Shown here: piece by piece, positions 1 to 7,401 of the stretch
Numbering within the stretch: position 1 is the stretch's first letter
Layout: every line of letters begins with the position of its first letter
Source of the DNA: a bacterium
Lineage (GTDB): Bacteria > Krumholzibacteriota > Krumholzibacteriia > G020349025
Assembly (NCBI GenBank): GCA_031362565.1
Contig: JANLSU010000133.1
Coordinates: 1-12,339 of the forward strand
Direction: 5' to 3'
DNA: 12,339 nt
The notes under the pieces: model-generated
What the model was told of the DNA's origin: nothing
The model's input: only the letters and a program-made list of their open reading frames with translations
Databases searched by the model: none
Translations under genes and position numbers: made by a program

Positions 1-63
1 TTACCTGGGGGCGGGTTATTTTTTTACACGGTGGGGGGGGGTGGGGGGTCCCCCCCCCCCCCC
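1..63. repeat. Low-complexity G, T and C homopolymer runs; probable read/contig-end artefact
   Basis: A T run at 19-25, two G runs within 30-48 and a C13 run at 51-63. Nothing similar occurs elsewhere in the window. It sits at the extreme end and translates to GGGGGSPPPP. Confidence 0.7.
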
Positions 64-153
64 GACTCGATTCGGCCCCGACGATCGACGCGGCGGCACG
101 AGTTCCACCAAACAGTCCAAGTGCGAAAATCCCACACTGAACCGAGGAGTTCC

Positions 154-2724
154 GTGCGCTGGTTTCTTCGTCTGGTGGGTTTCCTGCTGGTGGCGGGCGG
201 TTCATTCGCCGCGCTTGATCTGTTTTCGCCCGGCCTGAACCGCACGATTTCGCTCTTGGGACTCGGCCTGTTCTTCGCCAGTTTTGCCGGCGAATGGGCG
301 GGAACACGCCGGCCGGAACGCAACGCGCTCGTCGCCGGCGCACTCTGTTTGGTTCTAGCGGTGCCCATCGCCATTGCAGCGCCCGTCGGGATCGCGGCCT
401 TTCATCTCCTCGTGCTGGCCGGCGCGACGCTGTTGCTCGAACGCGCGCCGCGCGGCGTACGCGCCGAAATGCATGCCGCGCTCGCGGCGTTGGCGATCGT
501 CGTGTTTGGCGCCGAACTAAATCGCCTCTTGCCGCTCGTTTGGCACCTGCAACAGACACTGGCAGGATTGCTCTCGGATCTTTCCGCCCGCCTCGCACAT
601 GAACCGCGCAACCTGGGTCCCACCGCCATGGGCCTGCCGATCCTGGGCGCGCTGCTGGCGCTCGTCGTGGGGCGTGCGGCCGCCGGCCCCGACACAGGGA
701 AACCGCGCGCCATCGTCGGTGCCGGCGTGCTCGTAGCCGTGCACTTCGCGTACCTCGTCCTGCTGACACCCTACGCCGCATGGATGGGACGCCATCATCC
801 GACCCGCGAACATCTCGTGCTCAACTCGCAGTGGCTCTTCCTGCTCCTCGGCGCTCTGACCTTGACGTTGATGAATCACTGGAGTGCACGGCGGGCAAGA
901 GCGCGTGGGGTTGGCGGTGATTTGGCGCCGGGCGGTACGGAGCAGGCGCCATTCGCATGGCGACGAGTGGCGGCGGATTCGCGCCAAGTGACCGGCTTCT
1001 GCCTTGGGATCATGCTGATGCTGCTCTTCGGACGGCATGCGGCGCCGCCTGATGCGCCGGCGCACGTTCTGCTCTACGACGCCGGCTTCACGAACTGGGA
1101 TGTTCCCAACCATGAACGCTACGGCGAGCACAGCGCCGGGATGTTCGGGGTGCTGCCGGAACTGCTGCAGGCCGCCGGCCATCACGTCGAACGAAGCGCC
1201 GACCTCAGCCGCCTCGTGGCCCCCGAACCACCCGACTGCCTGGTACTCATCAACATCCAGAACTACCTCGAACCGGCGGACAAAGAGCGCATCTTGCGCT
1301 TCGTGCACAATGGTGGCGGACTGCTTTGCCTGGGTGATCACACCGGGGTTGCCGGCATTCGCGGTCCGTTCAACGATCTCTTGTCGGAGCTTGGCATCCG
1401 CCTGGCGTTCGACAGCGCGACGTTCTTCGCGAGCGGCTGGTCGAACGGGCTCGAACGCCGCAGCCACGCCGTGAATCAAGGTGTCGTCAACGACGAGGAC
1501 TACCAGATTTGGGTTGGCGCCTCGCTCGACATCGAACCAGCAGTCGCGCCGGTGGTCGTGGCGCGGTACGGGTGGTCGGATCTCGGCGAGATGGCGAATG
1601 TCGAGCGCGCCTATCTTGGCGACCGCCGCTACAACCCGAACGAACTCTTGGGCGATCTGGTGCTCGCGGCCGAGGCGCGTTATGGGCGCGGCAAGGTGCT
1701 GGTCTTCGGTGATACGTCCACCTATCAAAACCTGTCGTTGGCGCGGAGCAGTGTTTTCGTGCGGCGTTCCATTGCGCATCTGGCGCATCCGGGCGGCCAG
1801 CCCCCCGGCGCCGGCGTGCAGGTTCCGGCGCTCTTGCTACTGGCAGCGTTGCTTGGGCTGGCAACCGCCGGTGGTACATTCATGCTGCCGATTGGCGCCG
1901 CCTGTGCCGGGTTGCTCGCTGCGTCCACCGGCCTCGCCGTCCTCGATCGCACGCCGGCGCCCGCCGCGCTCGACTGGAAGCGGGTCGCACCTCTGTCGCT
2001 CACCGACGCGGCGCGCACCCAGCTTACCGGCACCGCAATCATCGATCGCTCGCACGGCGGGCGCTTCGACCTGCGAGCCTGGGACGATCAAAGTATCGGC
2101 GGGCTGACGCTCAATTTGATGCGTGATGGCCTCTTCCCGATCATCAGCGAGCGCTTCCCGGATCGCGAGCTCGACAAGGCGGATGCCGTCATTCTCCTCG
2201 CGCCGCAGGGTTCCTACGCGCCGGATGAGCGGCGCACGCTGCGCCGATTTATGGAGCGCGGCGGCAAACTGGTCGTCTGCGTGGGCGGCGAGGATCTGGA
2301 TGGGGCGCGTGAGCTGCTCGGCGACTATGGGCTCGGCGTGCGTCCGCTGCCGATGGCGCATTTCCGCACCGGCCCGGAAAAGACCGATCTTGCCTTCCTC
2401 GACGCGTGGTCGCTCGAGTGCCCGCCGCCGGCGCACATCCTCGTCCGCCAGTGGGGCGAGCCTATCGTCGCGAGCCTCGACGTCGGGCGCGGCCAGGTCA
2501 TCCTGATCGGTGACTCGCGCTTCCTGTTGGATCGCAATCTCGAGGGGCGCGAAAGTTGGTTCCCGGGCAACATCGCGTTGCTCGGCGCGCTCGTCCGCGG
2601 CCGGCCCGTGCAACCGGTCGAAGGCAAGTTCGAGGATCCGCGCCGGCAAGCGGTTCCGGCGGAGGCCGCCGCACTGGTGCATGGAGCAGACAGCACGAGT
2701 GGACGCGAGGTGAAGCGCCCGTGA
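154..2724 (+). CDS. Large multi-pass membrane protein with two DUF4350/GldG-like (class I GATase-fold) domains; paralog A
   Basis: Long ORF. The likely start is GTG154, 4 nt after GAGGAG (144-149); GTG121 is an alternative. About 9-10 hydrophobic segments come first. Soluble domain 1 contains LLYDAG, FVHNGGGLLCLGDHT and YGRGKVLVFGDTS. A hydrophobic hairpin follows, then domain 2 with IIDRSHG, FMERGGKLVV and VGRGQVILIGDS. These motifs match the DUF4350/ABC_transp_aux pattern as I recognise it. Confidence 0.8.
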   Translation: MRWFLRLVGFLLVAGGSFAALDLFSPGLNRTISLLGLGLFFASFAGEWAGTRRPERNALVAGALCLVLAVPIAIAAPVGIAAFHLLVLAGATLLLERAPRGVRAEMHAALAALAIVVFGAELNRLLPLVWHLQQTLAGLLSDLSARLAHEPRNLGPTAMGLPILGALLALVVGRAAAGPDTGKPRAIVGAGVLVAVHFAYLVLLTPYAAWMGRHHPTREHLVLNSQWLFLLLGALTLTLMNHWSARRARARGVGGDLAPGGTEQAPFAWRRVAADSRQVTGFCLGIMLMLLFGRHAAPPDAPAHVLLYDAGFTNWDVPNHERYGEHSAGMFGVLPELLQAAGHHVERSADLSRLVAPEPPDCLVLINIQNYLEPADKERILRFVHNGGGLLCLGDHTGVAGIRGPFNDLLSELGIRLAFDSATFFASGWSNGLERRSHAVNQGVVNDEDYQIWVGASLDIEPAVAPVVVARYGWSDLGEMANVERAYLGDRRYNPNELLGDLVLAAEARYGRGKVLVFGDTSTYQNLSLARSSVFVRRSIAHLAHPGGQPPGAGVQVPALLLLAALLGLATAGGTFMLPIGAACAGLLAASTGLAVLDRTPAPAALDWKRVAPLSLTDAARTQLTGTAIIDRSHGGRFDLRAWDDQSIGGLTLNLMRDGLFPIISERFPDRELDKADAVILLAPQGSYAPDERRTLRRFMERGGKLVVCVGGEDLDGARELLGDYGLGVRPLPMAHFRTGPEKTDLAFLDAWSLECPPPAHILVRQWGEPIVASLDVGRGQVILIGDSRFLLDRNLEGRESWFPGNIALLGALVRGRPVQPVEGKFEDPRRQAVPAEAAALVHGADSTSGREVKRP
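2707..2724 (+). promoter_or_regulatory. Ribosome-binding site and GTGA start/stop overlap coupling paralog A to paralog B
   Basis: GAGGTG at 2707-2712 lies 8 nt before GTG2721, which overlaps the TGA (2722-2724) of the upstream gene. Confidence 0.75.
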
Positions 2725-5336
2725 ATTCGCGCCACTCGATCCCCATACTCGGTGTCCTCTTCGACCGGCAAACCATGCTGCCAGCGTGGGCCGGGGCGCT
2801 TGTCCTGTCTTTTGCTTGGCTGCACGCTCTGTGGATCTATGCTCCCGCCGCCCAGGGTGTCGCGTGGTTTGCGACCGGCGTCGTACTCATGCTGGTAGGC
2901 TGTCGCGACGGTGTGATCGGACCACGGCGTCTACCGCGGTTCGAAAGCGTCTGCCTCGGCGCCGCGTCGGCCGTGGGCGTCGCGTTTCTGCCGCGCCCGT
3001 ACGACCTTGGACCGGCGCTCCTGCTGGCCTCGGCACTTTTGTCGTTGCTGCCGTGTCCGGCGTTGCTGCGGCGGATGCTCATCCCCGGGCTGTGGGTCGC
3101 GGGTCTCGTGCTGACACTGCAGGCGGCACTCGTGCCCGTGCTGTTCATTGTCGCCGCACGCCTGCACGATGCGCCGTTTTTGGCGCCCCTCGTGTATTAC
3201 CCGCTCAAGCTCGTCGCACCGGCGACCGTGCAGAGCGGCGCCACCCTGCAAATGCTGACTTCCGTCGATTGGATTCCGCTCACCCCGTCGTGGGAAAAGC
3301 TCGCGCTCGTGCCTGGAGCACTCATTGCCGCCGCCTTCACGACGCTTGTTCTCTTGCGGCGCGACGGTGTACGGCACCTGCCGGCCTTGGTGTTGCTCGG
3401 CCTGCTCTACGCCTGGCTGCGTCTGGTGATTCTCTTTCTTGTCGTCAGCCAGTTCCGCCGCCAACAGCTTTTCTGGGACCTGTCGGCACTTTGCGTAAGC
3501 TTCGTGCCGTGGGTGTTCATCGTCGCAGTCTGGCACCGCATGGCAACGGCGCGCGACAGTTCGAATGACGCGGGCGCTGCAACGGAACCCGAGGATGCGG
3601 CGCCGGCGGCGGGTGGCCGCCGCGTGGCTCTCGCTGCCGTTCTCTGTGTCGCCGGATTCACGTTCTTCTGGGGCTATCAAGACCCGGGCCGCGCCAAGCC
3701 TGGCCGCATTCTCATCGACGAAGGACACAGCGACTGGGAATGGACGACGGAAGCCTTCGACAAGGCCTGGTACGGCGGCAAATCCGGTTACAACTATTAC
3801 TGTTTAGCGGAGTACTGGAGCCATTTCTACACCGTCGAGACACGGCGCGAGCCGCTGACGCCGGCCCTGCTCGCCGCCTGGGACGTGCTCGTGATCAAGA
3901 CGCCGACGTCGGCGTATGGCCGGGCCGAAGTGGACGCCATCGCGGACTTCGTCAAGCGGGGCGGCGGCCTCTTCCTGGTCGGCGATCATACGAACGTCTT
4001 CGGCAGCGGCACCTACTTGAACGCCATCGCCGAGCGGTTCGGGCTCTATTTCCGTTACGACGCGACGTACCGGCTCGACAACCTCGATCTGAGCCTCTGG
4101 CAGCCGCCGGCGCTCTTGCCACATGCCGTCGTCCGCAACATGGGCGAATTCCTGTTCGCCACGTCGTGCAGCTTAGATTCGCCGCTCTTGTCGGAGAATG
4201 TCCTGCTCGGCTACGGACTACGCTCGATCTACTTGGACTATGCCGAGACGAGCTACTTCCCCGCCAAGAAGGGCGACAAGACGGACGATATGTACCCGTT
4301 GTTCGTGCAGTCGGGGGGCGTCCGGTTCGGACGGGGCCGCGTGCTCGGATTCACCGACAGCACCGTGTTCTCGAATTTCTTCATGTTCGTACCCGGCAAG
4401 CCGGAGCTGGCGTTGGGCTCGATCGAATGGCTGAACCGTATCAACGGACACGGCTGGGCTCTGCGCTTGTCGCTCGGGCTCGGAATCGCCGGCCTGTTGC
4501 TGTTGCTCTGGCAACTTGCCCGGGCGCCGCGCGTGCGGTACTTCGATGGCCTCGTGTCCGCCGGACTGCTGACGTTCGTCGTGGTCGCAGCCTGGTGTGA
4601 GCGCGGGGCGGCGCGTGACTATGCTCTGCCGCGGCCGGTCCGCAGCATCCAGGACGTGACGTTCGACGGCGAACATGGCTTCTTCGGGCTGCCGACGCGC
4701 AGCCTGCTGCCCGACCACTGGAGCAACATTCAAACCTTTTACGTGTGGATGCAGCGGCTTGGACTGGTGCCGCGCGTCGCACCGAACCTGCACGAGTACC
4801 TGCGGAGTCCCGGCCGCGTGCTCGTGGAACACAACTCGAACCGCGCCTACACGCTCGCGGAAGTCGACGGCATCGTCGATTTCGTGCGCCGCGGCGGCAT
4901 CCTTCTCGTCCTCGATACACCGCTCAATGGCGAATCGCAGTCCAACACCGTGCTCGGACCGTTTTCGATGTCGTTCGTGCCCGAGCGGCGCGACAGTCTG
5001 GCCGTGCTGCGACCGCCGGCGCCAGTCGGCGATTGGCTGTCAGGCCCGGTCCCCGGCGACTCGCTCGGCATCGCGGTCAAGGCGTTCGCTTTGACCGGCT
5101 CGAAGCCGCTCTTGACGTTGTCCGACGGCGCCGTGGTCATGGGCGAGCGTGATTTTGGCGCCGGCAAGGTCATCGCCTTCGGCGCCTCGCAACTGTTCAG
5201 CACGCCGGCAATGGGCAGCACCGCAATGATCCCGACGCCGCGCATGCGCGCGCTGTTTCAAGTTCAGTATGACCTCTTCGAAAACGTCGCCGGGATTCGC
5301 GTCACGTCGCGCTACACCGGCAAGAGCGTGCCCTGA
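2721..5336 (+). CDS. Large multi-pass membrane protein with a possible degenerate exosortase-like domain and two DUF4350/GldG-like domains; paralog B
   Basis: 871 aa from GTG2721. About 9-10 N-terminal hydrophobic segments. Domain 1 contains RILIDEGHSDWE, FVKRGGGLFLVGDHT and FGRGRVLGFTDSTVFSN. A two-helix hairpin follows, then domain 2 with TFDGEHG, FVRRGGILLVL and FGAGKVIAFGAS. The architecture matches the upstream gene. Confidence 0.85.
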   Translation: MNSRHSIPILGVLFDRQTMLPAWAGALVLSFAWLHALWIYAPAAQGVAWFATGVVLMLVGCRDGVIGPRRLPRFESVCLGAASAVGVAFLPRPYDLGPALLLASALLSLLPCPALLRRMLIPGLWVAGLVLTLQAALVPVLFIVAARLHDAPFLAPLVYYPLKLVAPATVQSGATLQMLTSVDWIPLTPSWEKLALVPGALIAAAFTTLVLLRRDGVRHLPALVLLGLLYAWLRLVILFLVVSQFRRQQLFWDLSALCVSFVPWVFIVAVWHRMATARDSSNDAGAATEPEDAAPAAGGRRVALAAVLCVAGFTFFWGYQDPGRAKPGRILIDEGHSDWEWTTEAFDKAWYGGKSGYNYYCLAEYWSHFYTVETRREPLTPALLAAWDVLVIKTPTSAYGRAEVDAIADFVKRGGGLFLVGDHTNVFGSGTYLNAIAERFGLYFRYDATYRLDNLDLSLWQPPALLPHAVVRNMGEFLFATSCSLDSPLLSENVLLGYGLRSIYLDYAETSYFPAKKGDKTDDMYPLFVQSGGVRFGRGRVLGFTDSTVFSNFFMFVPGKPELALGSIEWLNRINGHGWALRLSLGLGIAGLLLLLWQLARAPRVRYFDGLVSAGLLTFVVVAAWCERGAARDYALPRPVRSIQDVTFDGEHGFFGLPTRSLLPDHWSNIQTFYVWMQRLGLVPRVAPNLHEYLRSPGRVLVEHNSNRAYTLAEVDGIVDFVRRGGILLVLDTPLNGESQSNTVLGPFSMSFVPERRDSLAVLRPPAPVGDWLSGPVPGDSLGIAVKAFALTGSKPLLTLSDGAVVMGERDFGAGKVIAFGASQLFSTPAMGSTAMIPTPRMRALFQVQYDLFENVAGIRVTSRYTGKSVP

Positions 5337-5464
5337 AGCGGCGGATCGGGCTTTGTCAGGCTTGGTCGTGAGCCCGGCTTCGCCCCTGGAGACGGCCATC
5401 GGTTGGTCGGTTACACTGCCAGCCGATCTGGTTCTGCTGCCCGCTCTTCCGGAGGGCTCACGCC

Positions 5465-6553
5465 GTGCTGACGATTTGCCCAACGGCCGACTACGAGATC
5501 TACCTCGGACGGAATCTGCTCCCACCAGAGCAGGTCCTGTTTCGGCCCACCGAAAAACTTCTGGCGCTCTGGGAGCAGGCCGGAATTCGCGGCACGCTGT
5601 TTCCCGATATTTGTTCCATTTGGCGCCACCGGGAACTCGGCCTCGAAGATTACGCTCAGGGCTGCGAGACTCAGCTCCGGGATGCGATTCGCCGTGGGCA
5701 CGAATTGCAATTGCACCTGCATCCCGAGTGGAAGACGGCGGTCCATGAATCCGGCCAATGGACTTTTCGGCCTGGCACGTCGTCCCTCAACGACTTGGGA
5801 TTCGAGGCGACCGACCCCGGCAGCGCACCGGCGCTCATCCGCAACGGCATGGCTTACTTGGCAGAACTGACTCGACCGCACGTCCCGGAATACCGTTGCA
5901 CGGCTTTTCGAGCCGGCGGGTGGGTCATTCAACCAGAGCGCGCCATTCTCGAGGCCTTGCGCGCTGCCGGGATTCGTGCGGACGCGACCGTGATACCGGG
6001 GGTTCGCTTGTTGCGAAAAGACTATCCGGTGGATTTTCGCTCCGTGCCGGAGGGCAATTGGCGGTTGGGACCTGCGGCCGGGCTCGCCGCCGACAGCGGC
6101 AACCCTGGCGATCTGGTCGAAGTACCGATCGCCGCGTTCCGCGGCGCGTTGCATCAATGGCAGCACGGCGTGAACAATCTGCGATTGCGGCGGCGGCGCG
6201 CCCAGCGACCGGAACCTTTCCGCGGCTACCCTATTGTGAAAGCGGGGCCACGGCCCGGAATCGCCGTCCGCTATGCCAATCTGTGGAGGAAGCTGTCCAT
6301 CCCGCGCATGTTCGACATCGCCGACACCTGCGAAGCGATGACTGCGATCCTCCAGAGCTACCTGTCGCGGCATGATTTCACCAGCGTCGATCTTGCGGTT
6401 TGCATGAACGGACATCCGAAGGATACGTACGATTTCCATTTCGACGAGAGCCGCCGCTTCTTCGATCACGTGTTGTCGAAACACGCCAAAGTGGTCCGAT
6501 TCCAGCCGCTGGGTGCGTGGGTTGCGGCGCATGCCGGCGGAGTTCCAAAATGA
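5465..6553 (+). CDS. Polysaccharide deacetylase-like protein (carbohydrate esterase 4 / NodB superfamily)
   Basis: GTG start with GGAGGG at 5451-5456. CE4-type motifs: TADYE (motif 1 variant), RGHELQLHLHPEW (metal-binding His), AFRAGGW and C-terminal GHPK. Confidence 0.85.
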   Translation: MLTICPTADYEIYLGRNLLPPEQVLFRPTEKLLALWEQAGIRGTLFPDICSIWRHRELGLEDYAQGCETQLRDAIRRGHELQLHLHPEWKTAVHESGQWTFRPGTSSLNDLGFEATDPGSAPALIRNGMAYLAELTRPHVPEYRCTAFRAGGWVIQPERAILEALRAAGIRADATVIPGVRLLRKDYPVDFRSVPEGNWRLGPAAGLAADSGNPGDLVEVPIAAFRGALHQWQHGVNNLRLRRRRAQRPEPFRGYPIVKAGPRPGIAVRYANLWRKLSIPRMFDIADTCEAMTAILQSYLSRHDFTSVDLAVCMNGHPKDTYDFHFDESRRFFDHVLSKHAKVVRFQPLGAWVAAHAGGVPK

Positions 6554-6636
6554 TAGAATCGCTCATTGTGCCGGCGCCGATGCAGGCCTCAGGGCTTGGT
6601 GGCTCGACATCCGAGGCAACGCGGGAGATTGCTTGA
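6550..6636 (+). CDS. Possible 28 aa small peptide MIESLIVPAPMQASGLGGSTSEATREIA
   Basis: ATG6550 overlaps the deacetylase TGA (ATGA), with GGAG at 6539-6542. Its stop ends 1 nt before the SDR ATG. No recognisable homology. Confidence 0.25.
   Translation: MIESLIVPAPMQASGLGGSTSEATREIA
6551..6559 (+). promoter_or_regulatory. Possible extended -10 element (TGnTAGAAT) upstream of the SDR
   Basis: TG-A-TAGAAT at 6551-6559 is an AT-rich match in GC-rich DNA. The -35 position is weak (ATGCCG). Confidence 0.35.
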
Positions 6637-6637
6637 A

Positions 6638-7381
6638 ATGCAGTTTACGGATCGCATCGTGCTCGTGACTGGGAGTTCTCGAGGGCTCGGTCGCGCGACC
6701 GCACTGGAGTTCGCACGCCAGGGTGCTCACGTCGCGGTGACCTACCGAAACTCGCGCGATCTCGCCGAAGGCGTCGCGGAGCAGATTCGCGGTTTCGGGC
6801 GCGAGGCACTGTGCATGCAGTTGGACACGGCGAGCATGGCGGACGTCGAGGGGCTCGTGAAATCGGTTCTCGAGCGCTGGGGACGTATCGACGTGCTGGT
6901 GAACAACGCGGGCATCCTGCGCGACCGGACGCTGCGCCGCATGACAGCAGAAGAGTGGAACGATGTTCTGTCGGTCAACCTGACCGGCGTATTCAACTGC
7001 TGTCACGCGGTCGTCGATCAGATGGTGGAACGCGGCTCCGGCCGCATCGTCAGCATCGCTTCCGTGATCGCCCACACGGGCGGTGTGGGGCAGACCAACT
7101 ACGCAGCCAGCAAGGCCGGAATCATCGGGTTTACCCGCTCGCTGGCATTGGAACTCGCCCCCAAGGGGATCACGGTCAATGCCGTGGCCCCGGGTTTCAT
7201 CAAGACCGACATGATCAAGACGATCCCCGACAGCGTTCTCGCACAGATTCGCGCCAAGATTCCGCTGGGCGATTTCGGCGCCCCCGAGGATATTGCGAAC
7301 GCGGTCACGTATCTGGCATCGGATGCGGCGCGTTATGTCACCGGACATGTACTCAACGTGAACGGCGGCTTCTGGCTGTAG
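6638..7381 (+). CDS. fabG: Short-chain dehydrogenase/reductase, 3-oxoacyl-ACP reductase (FabG) or acetoacetyl-CoA reductase (PhaB)-like
   Basis: ATG6638 with GGGAG at 6623-6627; 247 aa. Motifs: TGSSRGLG Rossmann, NNAG, catalytic YAASK, PGFIKTDM and C-terminal VNGG. The SDR call is firm; FabG versus PhaB is unresolved. Confidence 0.9.
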   Translation: MQFTDRIVLVTGSSRGLGRATALEFARQGAHVAVTYRNSRDLAEGVAEQIRGFGREALCMQLDTASMADVEGLVKSVLERWGRIDVLVNNAGILRDRTLRRMTAEEWNDVLSVNLTGVFNCCHAVVDQMVERGSGRIVSIASVIAHTGGVGQTNYAASKAGIIGFTRSLALELAPKGITVNAVAPGFIKTDMIKTIPDSVLAQIRAKIPLGDFGAPEDIANAVTYLASDAARYVTGHVLNVNGGFWL

Positions 7382-7401
7382 TGGGGGGCGCGGACCGCTC
7401 G

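Noticed and set aside
3..25. Terminator-like ACCTG/CGGGT stem followed by a T run
   Set aside because: The stem is only 5 bp with a wobble and lies in the unreliable terminal sequence.
31..153. N-terminal extension MGGGGGSPPPPDS... of the first ORF
   Set aside because: It derives from the homopolymer tract and has no RBS. GTG154 has a GAGGAG site and leads directly into the first TM helix.
517..1788. 423 aa minus-strand ORF and other long antisense ORFs (1837-2682, 2931-3728, 5411-6532, 6563-8053, 9695-10735, 10882-11604)
   Set aside because: These are shadows of well-supported plus-strand genes, expected in GC-rich DNA, and show no recognisable motifs.
2556..2720. Upstream extension of the second ORF given in the track
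   Set aside because: It overlaps paralog A by about 170 nt and has Arg-rich off-frame composition. GTG2721 has an RBS and a GTGA overlap.
5353..5417. TTGTCA (5353-5358) and TACACT (5412-5417) as a promoter for the deacetylase
   Set aside because: The hexamers are 53 nt apart. The -10 alone is plausible but has no properly spaced -35.
5269..5748. 159 aa plus-strand ORF spanning the paralog B-deacetylase gap
   Set aside because: It overlaps both real genes out of frame and has no motif or RBS support.
6811..7401. Apparent 495 aa version of the acetyltransferase ORF, suggesting an SDR fusion or frameshift
   Set aside because: The extension is an alternative frame inside the complete SDR gene, which ends normally at VNGGFWL-stop. 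The transferase starts at ATG7402.
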